Assembly: GCA_042216675.1 (NCBI GenBank)
Contig: JBDGTS010000007.1
Location: forward strand, 14,009 to 46,008
Origin: Halobacteriaceae archaeon
GTDB taxonomy: Archaea; Halobacteriota; Halobacteria; Halobacteriales; Halobacteriaceae
DNA length: 32,000 nucleotides
Direction of reading: 5' to 3'
Every line of letters starts with the position of its first letter. The stretch's first letter is position 1. Below the pieces are notes generated by a model. The model did not search any database and was not told the origin of the DNA. It saw nothing but the letters and a program-made list of their open reading frames with translations. Below, piece after piece: positions 1-7,116 of this stretch. A program made the position numbers and the translations under genes.

Positions 1-74
1 GGGCGGTGGACGCCGGGGATTTGAATCAGGGAGCGGCGTCGCCGCGACCGTGGTTCAAATCCCACCCCTGGCTC
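1..74 (+). other. tRNA-like fragment / nested inverted repeats, truncated by the window edge
   Basis: GGTTCAAATCCC (52-63) is a T-loop-like motif. It is preceded by a 5-bp/3-nt-loop hairpin GCGGC-GTC-GCCGC (33-45) that resembles a class II variable arm, and followed by CCCTGGC-T, which resembles an acceptor strand. The T stem is one base short (GTGG/CCAC with an 8-nt loop) and I could not fold a canonical anticodon arm. GGGATTTGAATCA (16-28) is the inverted complement of TGGTTCAAATCCC (51-63) with one G-U pair. GACGCCG (9-15) pairs with CGGCGTC (34-40). Confidence 0.3.
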
Positions 75-221
75 TTCCCCGCTCGTCGTGCGCGGCGTTC
101 GCCGCCGTCACTCGAATTTTCGAAGCGGTGCCGCGCGTAAACACCCCGGGAAAGAGTTAATAACCGGTGTGAGAGTGACTCTCATCCGAACGATTCCCGC
201 TCGTCAGCGGCGGACACCACC

Positions 222-584
222 ATGCACTGCATCAGTTGCGGCCGGGAGCGCGAGTTCGAACGCGTCGCAGTCGGACGCGCGGAGCGACCCGTCTTCGGCG
301 TCGTCTGCGCGGCCTGCGAGAAGCGCCATCTCGGCCCCCTCGTAAACGGCACGGCGTCCACCGACGGCTGTTGTCTCTGTGACGGCGACGGCGAGTACGC
401 CGTTCCCGAGTGGGACGCCATCGGCGTGAGCGAGGACGACGGCGCACTGGAGTTTCTCGAATACACAATCGGCGCCGACACACCTCATCTCTGTGCGGAC
501 CACTTCGACGAACTCGCGAAGGAGACGGCCGCCGTCGAATCCGACGCCATCACGTCCGTGCGCGCCGTCGCCGCGGACGACTAG
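222..584 (+). CDS. small acidic cysteine-rich zinc-ribbon protein (hypothetical)
   Basis: 120-aa ORF with CxxC-N22-CxxC (CISC...CAAC) plus a second CCLC...HLCADH cluster. The C-terminus is acidic, G/C-ending codons predominate, and an AT-rich TTAATAA lies upstream. Confidence 0.7.
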   Translation: MHCISCGREREFERVAVGRAERPVFGVVCAACEKRHLGPLVNGTASTDGCCLCDGDGEYAVPEWDAIGVSEDDGALEFLEYTIGADTPHLCADHFDELAKETAAVESDAITSVRAVAADD

Positions 585-724
585 ATACCTCCGTCCGGTT
601 GCAGTCTCCGATGAACTTTAGTCGGGGTGTCCGGTACTGACTGTCGTGTTAGTTACCGAGGCCGCCCATCAGTCCGTCCCGCCCGGTTCGATTCATGCCT
701 CCGACACACAGGTGACCGTCCCCG

Positions 725-2680
725 ATGTCTGAGCGAGAGGAGGACCTGTTCGTCGACGAACGGGAGCAAGTGTCGCGCCCGATGCTCCGCCTGTTCCGGG
801 TGTACGGCAGTCGCTACCCGATTCCGATGGCCGTGGCGCTGGCGTCGAACCTCGTCTCGCCGCTGACTGGCCTCGTGCCGGCGTTCCTACTCTCCTTTGC
901 CATCGACGCCCTGTTCAACCGGACGAAAGGGTTCACGACGCTCCCGTTCCTTCCGGACGCGTGGCTTCCCACCGGCCTCGAAGGACAGATGCTGTTCATC
1001 TCGGCGCTCTTTGTCGTCGTGTACAGCATCAACGCCGTCCTGACGTGGCTGGGTAGTTGGGGCTGGGCCGTGTTCGCCGAGAACGTTCAGCACGCGGTGC
1101 GGACGGACGTGTACGACAAGATGCAGCGACTGGGCATGGAGTTCTTCTCGGACAAGCAGACGGGCGAACTGATGTCCATCCTCTCCAGCGACGTGAACCG
1201 GCTGGAGGGCTTTCTCAACGGCTGGGTCGGCCGCATCCTCAACATCGGCGTCCAGGTCGGGGGCATCAGCGTCATCCTGCTCCTGACGAACTGGCAACTC
1301 GCGCTCATCGCGTTGCTCCCGACGCCCCTGCTGACGCTGGTGAGCCACCTGTTCGTGAAGAAGGTGCGCCCGATGTACCGCGAGGCGCGGCAGACGTACG
1401 GGGACCTCGCGTCGCGACTGGAGAACAACCTCAGCGGCATCGAGGTGGTGAAGTCGTTCACCACCGAACCGTTCGAGTCCGACCGGGTGAACGACTCCTC
1501 ACAGGAGCACATGGACGCGCGGTGGGGCGCCCGCCGGTGGGGCGTCCGCTTCGGGCCGAGTCTCACGCTCATCAACGGCTACGGCTACGCGCTCGTCTTC
1601 GTCGTCGGCGGCTGGTGGGTGATGTTCGGCGCGCCCGGCCCGCTCTCGGGCGCGCTGACCATCGGTAATCTGGTCCTGTTCCTCCAGTACACCCAGCAGA
1701 TTCAGGGGCCGATGTCGCAGGCCGGCCAACTGCTGAACAACTACGAGCGCGTGAAGGCGTCGGCCGAACGCGTCCTCGTGTTGATGGACCACCCGCTCAG
1801 CATCCCCGAGGACGACGACGCCGTCACCCTCGACGACCCGGACGGCGACGTGGCGTTCGAGGACGTGTCTTTCGGCTACCCCGGCGCGGACGAGCAAGCC
1901 CTCGACGACGTGACCTTCGACGTCGAGGCGGGCGAGATGATCGGTCTCGTCGGCCCCACGGGGTCGGGCAAGTCCACGCTGATGAAACTCCTCATGCGAT
2001 TCTACGACGTTAACGGGAGCTCTGCTCCCGTTCGCCAATCAGAATCGCAAGGCGATTCTGATGACGCCGACGAGGGCGCGGTGCGCGTCGACGGCCACGA
2101 CGTGCGCGACCTGTCGATTCGGAGCCTCCGGGGCTCCATCGGCTACGTCTCACAGGAGCCGTTCCTGTTCCCCGGCACCATCCGCGAGAACATCCGCTAC
2201 GGCATGGAGGCCACCGAGGACGAAATCGAGGCCGTCGCGACGCGCGCCAACGCCGACGAGTTCATCGACGCCCTCGAAGACGGCTACGACACCGAAGTCG
2301 GTCAGCGCGGCGACAAACTCTCGGGCGGGCAACGCCAGCGCATCGCCATCGCCCGCGTCCTGCTGAAGGACCCCGAGATTCTCATCCTCGACGAGGCGAC
2401 GAGCCACGTCGACAACGAGACGGAGGTCCTCATCCAGCGGAGCCTCGAAGAGTTGGTCGCCGAGCGCACCACCTTCGCCATCGCCCATCGCCTCTCGACG
2501 GTGCGCAACGCCGACCGCATCCTCGTCCTCGACGACGGGGAAATCGTCGAGCGCGGCCCCCACGAGGAACTGCTGGAGGAAGCGGGCCTCTACGCGAACC
2601 TCTGGCGCGTGCAGGTCGGCGAGATGGAGGCGCTCCCCGAGGAGTTCCTCGAAGAGGCGGCAGCGCGGGACCGGCGCTGA
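725..2680 (+). CDS. ABC transporter, fused permease/ATP-binding half-transporter (MsbA/MdlB-type exporter)
   Basis: 651 aa. The N-terminal half is a hydrophobic six-helix type I exporter domain. Walker A is GPTGSGKST, the signature is LSGGQRQRIAIAR, Walker B is ILILDEATS and the H-loop is AHRL. Carries an atypical 19-aa insertion after RFYDV (see repeat 2012-2062). Confidence 0.95.
   Translation: MSEREEDLFVDEREQVSRPMLRLFRVYGSRYPIPMAVALASNLVSPLTGLVPAFLLSFAIDALFNRTKGFTTLPFLPDAWLPTGLEGQMLFISALFVVVYSINAVLTWLGSWGWAVFAENVQHAVRTDVYDKMQRLGMEFFSDKQTGELMSILSSDVNRLEGFLNGWVGRILNIGVQVGGISVILLLTNWQLALIALLPTPLLTLVSHLFVKKVRPMYREARQTYGDLASRLENNLSGIEVVKSFTTEPFESDRVNDSSQEHMDARWGARRWGVRFGPSLTLINGYGYALVFVVGGWWVMFGAPGPLSGALTIGNLVLFLQYTQQIQGPMSQAGQLLNNYERVKASAERVLVLMDHPLSIPEDDDAVTLDDPDGDVAFEDVSFGYPGADEQALDDVTFDVEAGEMIGLVGPTGSGKSTLMKLLMRFYDVNGSSAPVRQSESQGDSDDADEGAVRVDGHDVRDLSIRSLRGSIGYVSQEPFLFPGTIRENIRYGMEATEDEIEAVATRANADEFIDALEDGYDTEVGQRGDKLSGGQRQRIAIARVLLKDPEILILDEATSHVDNETEVLIQRSLEELVAERTTFAIAHRLSTVRNADRILVLDDGEIVERGPHEELLEEAGLYANLWRVQVGEMEALPEEFLEEAAARDRR
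2012..2062. repeat. two tandem perfect inverted repeats (hairpins) inside the ABC exporter CDS
   Basis: Hairpin 1 is AACGGGAGC-TCT-GCTCCCGTT (2012-2032; 9-bp stem, 3-nt loop). A 5-nt spacer CGCCA follows. Hairpin 2 is ATCAGAATCGC-AAG-GCGATTCTGAT (2038-2062; 11-bp stem, 3-nt loop). Both were read directly from the sequence. The segment is about 55% GC by hand count, against a much higher value in the surrounding gene. Confidence 0.95.
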
Positions 2681-2962
2681 CTACCACGACCAGCCGGATT
2701 CGAGTTCGCTGACGGGCACCTCGCCGTCGAGGAAGGCCTGTCCCAACTCCCGCAGTCGGTACTCGTTCTCGGGGAGGGGCTGAATCAGGCCCTCCGCCGC
2801 CAGCCGCTCACAGCGCTGGCGGAGATACACGAGCGGGTAGGGCTGGCTCCGGTGGAGCGACCGCAGCGTGGCGCCGCCGCGGGTCCGCACCGCCAGCAGG
2901 ATGCGCGGGTCCGCGACGTGCATCCACGACGGGCGTCGCTTCAGCGTCCACGTCTCCATCAC
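2681..2962 (-). CDS. winged helix-turn-helix DNA-binding protein (haloarchaeal PhiH1-repressor-like family)
   Basis: 93 aa. Shares the pattern W-M-x-x-A-D-x-x-I-L ... RCExLAxxGLxQP ... Y-x-L-x-x-L-G-x-x-[FY]-LDG-[ED]-V with the ORF at 3374-3637, so the two are paralogues. Confidence 0.8.
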   Translation of the reverse strand: MMETWTLKRRPSWMHVADPRILLAVRTRGGATLRSLHRSQPYPLVYLRQRCERLAAEGLIQPLPENEYRLRELGQAFLDGEVPVSELESGWSW

Positions 2963-3047
2963 CCGAGGCGACGGGAGCGGCGCTCATAAGTCGCGCGACC
3001 GGACCGATTCTCGGAACAGTTTTTGGCGGGGGGTTCCAACCCCGGCC

Positions 3048-3350
3048 ATGGCGAAGTGGCTGCAGAGCGGCCTGCGCCGCGACATCTGCATCCTCGCGCA
3101 CGCCCTCGACGAGCCGACGGGCCAGCGACTCAAACGGGACCTCGAAGCCCACTACGAGGACCACGTCAAGCCAACGCAGTTCTACGGCGCCCTCGACGCC
3201 CTCGTGGAGAGCGGGCACCTCACCCGCGAGGCCGACGGCCTCACCGACCGCTACGCCCTCACGGAGGCGGGCGAGGCGGCCCTCCGCGACCAGTTCGCGT
3301 GGGCCGGGGAGCGCGTCCCCCGTCGTGGGGAATCCGCCGAGCGTAAATGA
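3048..3350 (+). CDS. PadR-family winged-helix transcriptional regulator
   Basis: The ATG at 3048 is internal to track ORF 2868-3350; the upstream part of that ORF overlaps the opposite-strand gene and is Arg-rich. The 100-aa product MAKWLQSGLRRDICILAHAL...PTQFYGALDALVESGHLT...YALTEAG fits the PadR pattern. A T-rich TATA-like box lies about 25 nt upstream. Confidence 0.8.
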   Translation: MAKWLQSGLRRDICILAHALDEPTGQRLKRDLEAHYEDHVKPTQFYGALDALVESGHLTREADGLTDRYALTEAGEAALRDQFAWAGERVPRRGESAERK

Positions 3351-3373
3351 GCGCGCCCCGATAGACCACTCGA

Positions 3374-3637
3374 ATGCCGCCGCTCGCGAACTGGATGGTG
3401 CCCGCCGACGTCGAGATTCTGGAGTTCCTCGACGGGGAGAGCGACCCCGCAACCGTCGGGACGATGGCCGACGCGCTCGACTACTCCGAGGCCCATCTCA
3501 CGGAGCGCTGTGAAGAACTGGCCGCACAGGGATTGGTCCAGCCCGTGACCCACGACGGCTACGTGTTGCGCCCCCTCGGTGAGGAGTATCTCGACGGCGA
3601 CGTGGCCCCCGAACTCCTGAACGCGCCCGAGGAGTGA
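3374..3637 (+). CDS. winged helix-turn-helix DNA-binding protein (PhiH1-repressor-like), paralogue of 2681-2962
   Basis: 87 aa with the same conserved pattern (WMVPADVEILEFL...RCEELAAQGLVQP...YVLRPLGEEYLDGDV). Confidence 0.8.
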   Translation: MPPLANWMVPADVEILEFLDGESDPATVGTMADALDYSEAHLTERCEELAAQGLVQPVTHDGYVLRPLGEEYLDGDVAPELLNAPEE

Positions 3638-4729
3638 CTACGCGGCCACCCGGTCGAACGCCGCCGTCACCGTCACGCCCGACTCTCGCTCCGTGAGCCA
3701 CGCGTCCGCGTCGTACCGGTCGAGGAGCGTTTCGACGAGGTGTAACGCGACGCCCTCGTCCGTCTGCGTCCGCTCGTCCACGTCGTCGAACCCCGCCGCC
3801 GAGCCGAGGACCGCGGCCGTCACGGGCGAGACGTGCCCTCTGTCGTCCGCGACGCGGAGCAGGACCCGCGTGTCCGTCCGCTCGACGCGGACCGTCATCC
3901 GCTCGGCGCCGTTCTCGCCTGCCGCCGCCGCGCGGAGGAGCGCGTCGATGAGCGTCCCGAAGAGCGCGTCGGCCTCGACGTGGGCCGACGGTGGGCACTC
4001 GCCGACAGACACCGTCGCGTCGTACTCGCGTCCGTCGCCGACTGTCTCCCTGAGGACCGCGACTGCGTCGACGGGGGAGCAGTCCGCCGCGCCGTGTTCG
4101 GCCTCGATCAGCGCCCGGAGGTTCTCGACGAGCGTCACGAGGCGACGGCTCCGGTAGCGGATTCGCTCGGCGCGGCCCGCGATGGCGTCGTCGGCGCTCG
4201 CCGCGATGTCGTCGGCGTAGCCGTCGACTATCTGGAGGCCGTTGAGCAGGTGATGCCGGAGGACGCCGTTCACGAACGCGAGGTCCGTCTCCGCCGTGTC
4301 GTCCGCTTCGAGTTCGGTCGTCCGGCGCACCTCGGTGACCGACCGCCACTCCGTCACCCCGCCCCCGAGGCCGGCGACGGCGCCCGCCGCCTGCATCACG
4401 AGAAGCGCGGGGGCCGCCGACGTGACCCCACCGGGGGTGTGAAGCGCGTGGACGAGTGCGTATGCCGCCGACAACGCGATGACGCCCGCGCCGGTCCATC
4501 CGGCGACGCGCCACCGGGACCCGCAGTCCGTCGCCGACCGGAGCCAGAATCCACTCGACGCCACCGCCCCGGCCGCGAGCAACAGCACCACGGCCACCAG
4601 TCCGGCGTCGGGCGTCGGCACCCGGACCAGCAAGTAGAGTTGCGCGAGGGCACCCAACGCGAGGGCCGCGGCGATGCCGACGATGCCGACGGCGCCGTCG
4701 TCCCACGTGGTCGGGGTGGAGTGGCTCAT
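3638..4729 (-). CDS. membrane-bound sensor histidine-kinase-like protein, possibly with a degenerate ATP-binding domain
   Basis: 363 aa. About four N-terminal hydrophobic helices, an H-box-like VLRHHLLNGLQ, and a C-terminal alpha/beta domain with weak HATPase-like motifs (LIDALLRAA, VADDRGHV, DEGVALHLVETLL). A TATTAAT box at 4758-4765 sits about 30 nt upstream of the ATG. Confidence 0.75.
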   Translation of the reverse strand: MSHSTPTTWDDGAVGIVGIAAALALGALAQLYLLVRVPTPDAGLVAVVLLLAAGAVASSGFWLRSATDCGSRWRVAGWTGAGVIALSAAYALVHALHTPGGVTSAAPALLVMQAAGAVAGLGGGVTEWRSVTEVRRTTELEADDTAETDLAFVNGVLRHHLLNGLQIVDGYADDIAASADDAIAGRAERIRYRSRRLVTLVENLRALIEAEHGAADCSPVDAVAVLRETVGDGREYDATVSVGECPPSAHVEADALFGTLIDALLRAAAAGENGAERMTVRVERTDTRVLLRVADDRGHVSPVTAAVLGSAAGFDDVDERTQTDEGVALHLVETLLDRYDADAWLTERESGVTVTAAFDRVAA

Positions 4730-4784
4730 CCGTCCCGAGCGATTTCCTATCAGAGGGTATTAATGCTTCGGAGCGCGGGGCGTG

Positions 4785-6878
4785 TCACGGCTCGCGGTAC
4801 GCCGCGAGCGTCGCGTCCCTCTCGCCCCGGAGGTGTGCGCGCACGTCGCTCTCGTCCCACCCCAGCGGCGAGACGACGCTCTCGGCGGCCCGGAGCAGTG
4901 ACCGCTCGTAGGGGGCCACCGCGTAGTCGGTGGCGCCGTCCTCGACCGGGAGGCGGACCCGCTCGGCGGGGGCGCCCGCGTCCGCGACGTGGACGTACCG
5001 AACGGACTCGCCGGGGTGCGTCTCGATGCCTCTGTCGGCCGCGCGTCGGAGCGCACCCACCACCGGCGTCTCGCGGTCGTACTCGTCGGCGCGCTTCGAC
5101 GCGCGTCGCGTGACGACCAGTTCCGTGGCCGGTACGTCACCCGCCCGCAGGCGGCGTCTGTGCTCGGCGAGGCGGTCACACACCGCCGCCGGGTCCGCCG
5201 TGGCGTCGAGGACGTCCAGCAAGTCCCGCTGTGCGTCGGCGACGAACGGCGGCGTCGAGCGCTGCCGGCACTCGATGCCCCGCACCTTCAGCGACCCGTC
5301 CTCGCGGGCGCCGAAGTAGCGCGTGAGTGCCCCTCCCGGCCGCTCGCGGCGCGGCGCGAAACAGACCCAGTCGTACGTCGCCTCGTGTTCGAGGGGGATT
5401 GCCACCCGCTCTGTCACCGCCGCCGTCACGTCCGCGATGGGGTCGGGGTCGGACGCGGGCGTGAGCCACAGGCTGTCGACGATGCCGTGTAGAACGCGCC
5501 AGCCCCGCGCCTCGATTTCGCTCTTGGCGTCGAGCAGTATCTCCCTCGCGAACGCGTTGATGGCCTCGTGGCACTCGATGCGACCGAACTTCGCGTTCCG
5601 GTAGCCCTGATAGCCGAAGCAGGAGACGAGAATCCACTTCAGCGCGTCCGCCTTCGCCGCCGCCTCGGGGTCGTCGCGCGCCTTGTATCCCGCGCGGTCC
5701 TCGACGAGGGGCGCCAGCACGTCGGGGAGAAAGCCCCGGTCGTCGCAGACGCTGTAGCCGAGTTCGGGCACGTCGGCCCTGTCGTGGCAGTCACACCGGA
5801 CCGTCTCGGGGCTGACGTTGTGCTTCCGGATGACGTTCGGGTAGAGGGAGGCGAAGTCCACCTCCACCACGTCCTCGTGGCGCCCCACCTCGGGTGCGAA
5901 CGTGAACCCGCCCCGGTCGGCGGCGTGAAGCGTCGAGAGGTCCTTGAACGCCTCTGGCTCCCACTTGTTCCACGGCACCAGCACGTCCCTGTCGAGGGCC
6001 TCGCGGGACTGAATCGAGGTGAGGACGGTGCCGATGCTCCCCCACGCCGTCTCCTGTAGCGGGCGCCACGAGCGCTCCGCGAGGTCCAGCAGACCCGGGA
6101 GTCCCCCCTCGTCCCACAGAAACGAGTTCGCCCGGTCCACGATGGCCCGGCCGGGCACGTCGTAGCGTGCCGGCGAGTGCCCCGTCCGGCCGTAGCTCTC
6201 GAAGGTGTTCGCGCCCGCCAGCACGTCGTGGCCGGGCAGGCGCCCGAGGTGGCAGTCGACGCCACACGCCGCCGCCCGGTCGTGAATCAGCGGGACGAGT
6301 TCGGCCGTGTCGAGGACCAGCACGTCCGGGTCCGTCCGGTCGAGGCGGTGCGCCAGCGCCCGCAGGACGGCGCCCTCGTCGCCGGCCACCGGGTCGCCCC
6401 CGACGTGGAGGCCACCGAGGTCCCGGTCCGCCAGCGCCGCCTCGTCGACGCCCAGCGAGAGCGTCCGCAGGGATCGCGGCGGGTCCGAGGCGACGGCCGG
6501 CGTCCCCGTCTCGACGCAGTAGCGAAAGCCCGGCGCGAAGTCGACGTTGAAACACCGAATCGTCCCCGGCGCGTACTCGCGTTCGCGGTGGCCCCGGAGT
6601 TCGCGGGCGAGCGTCCGCACCTCGCCCGGCCTGTCGCAGTCGATGCGCAGGACTGGGGTGCGCTCGTCGGCGTGTAGGTCCACGTATCGGCGTGCCGTCG
6701 AGGCGGCTGCGACTTTCGGGTCGTCGCTGAGCGCCGCCCGGAGGTCCGCGCGGACTCGCTCGGGTGCGTCGACGTACAGCGTCGGCCGGTAGTCGGCGTC
6801 GCGTTCGACCCGGACCCCGTCGGCGGTTCGGTGCCACGTCACCACGCCGCCGTCGCGGATTTCAACCGCTATCGGCAT
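4785..6878 (-). CDS. family B DNA polymerase paralogue (PolB2-like) with degenerate 3'-5' exonuclease motifs
   Basis: 697 aa. Motif A is DFASLYPN (5835-5858), motif B is KWILVSCFGYQGY, and motif C is HGIVDS (5472-5489) instead of YGDTDS. A KxY-region LKVRGIECRQRS is present. The Exo I position reads FNVDFA (no DxE) and the Exo II position reads LVLDTAELVPL (no NxxxFD). Confidence 0.9.
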   Translation of the reverse strand: MPIAVEIRDGGVVTWHRTADGVRVERDADYRPTLYVDAPERVRADLRAALSDDPKVAAASTARRYVDLHADERTPVLRIDCDRPGEVRTLARELRGHREREYAPGTIRCFNVDFAPGFRYCVETGTPAVASDPPRSLRTLSLGVDEAALADRDLGGLHVGGDPVAGDEGAVLRALAHRLDRTDPDVLVLDTAELVPLIHDRAAACGVDCHLGRLPGHDVLAGANTFESYGRTGHSPARYDVPGRAIVDRANSFLWDEGGLPGLLDLAERSWRPLQETAWGSIGTVLTSIQSREALDRDVLVPWNKWEPEAFKDLSTLHAADRGGFTFAPEVGRHEDVVEVDFASLYPNVIRKHNVSPETVRCDCHDRADVPELGYSVCDDRGFLPDVLAPLVEDRAGYKARDDPEAAAKADALKWILVSCFGYQGYRNAKFGRIECHEAINAFAREILLDAKSEIEARGWRVLHGIVDSLWLTPASDPDPIADVTAAVTERVAIPLEHEATYDWVCFAPRRERPGGALTRYFGAREDGSLKVRGIECRQRSTPPFVADAQRDLLDVLDATADPAAVCDRLAEHRRRLRAGDVPATELVVTRRASKRADEYDRETPVVGALRRAADRGIETHPGESVRYVHVADAGAPAERVRLPVEDGATDYAVAPYERSLLRAAESVVSPLGWDESDVRAHLRGERDATLAAYREP

Positions 6879-7116
6879 CCATCTCGGCCCGCAGGGCGCG
6901 GAGTTCGCGCTCCTGTGCCAGCGCCACCGACAGCAGGAAGGCGATGCGCGGGTCCGCGGCGTTGAGGTGGCCCGCCGCGTCCGCGTGGGTCTCCGCTCGC
7001 TCGAACAGGGCGTCGAACGCCGGCCTGTGCCGGCGGCGGAGCGCCCGCCGGAACGGCGCGCAGTCCTCCTCGAAGCCCCGCAGGAAATCGCGGTAGGTGG
7101 GGTTGGTGCGCCCCAT
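6862..7116 (-). CDS. small predicted helical protein of unknown function, translationally coupled between the RecA-like and PolB genes
   Basis: Internal ATG of track ORF 6862-7800, giving 84 aa (MGRTNPTYRDFLRGFEEDCAPF...RALRAEMDADSG). Its start overlaps the upstream stop as ATGA (7113-7116). Its 3' end overlaps the PolB start by 17 nt (6862-6878). The upstream part of the track ORF is Arg-rich off-frame noise. Confidence 0.65.
   Translation of the reverse strand: MGRTNPTYRDFLRGFEEDCAPFRRALRRRHRPAFDALFERAETHADAAGHLNAADPRIAFLLSVALAQERELRALRAEMDADSG

Noticed and set aside
750-758. A second occurrence of AACGGGAGC (the first arm of hairpin 1) near the 5' end of the same ABC gene.
   Set aside because: It is a single 9-mer with no partner arm, encoding ordinary in-frame codons (GAA CGG GAG CAA). 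A chance 9-mer match within 64 kb of two-strand sequence is not improbable.
3498-4706. 402-aa ORF (and similar ORFs at 3833-5113, 5791-6837, 6862-7800 N-terminal part, 20386-21381, 22288-23628, 29853-31697 and 30268-31764) with extremely Arg/Pro/Gly-rich translations.
   Set aside because: They are off-frame or antisense to convincing homology-supported genes. Their composition is the expected artefact of stop-codon-poor high-GC DNA, and they contain no recognisable motifs.
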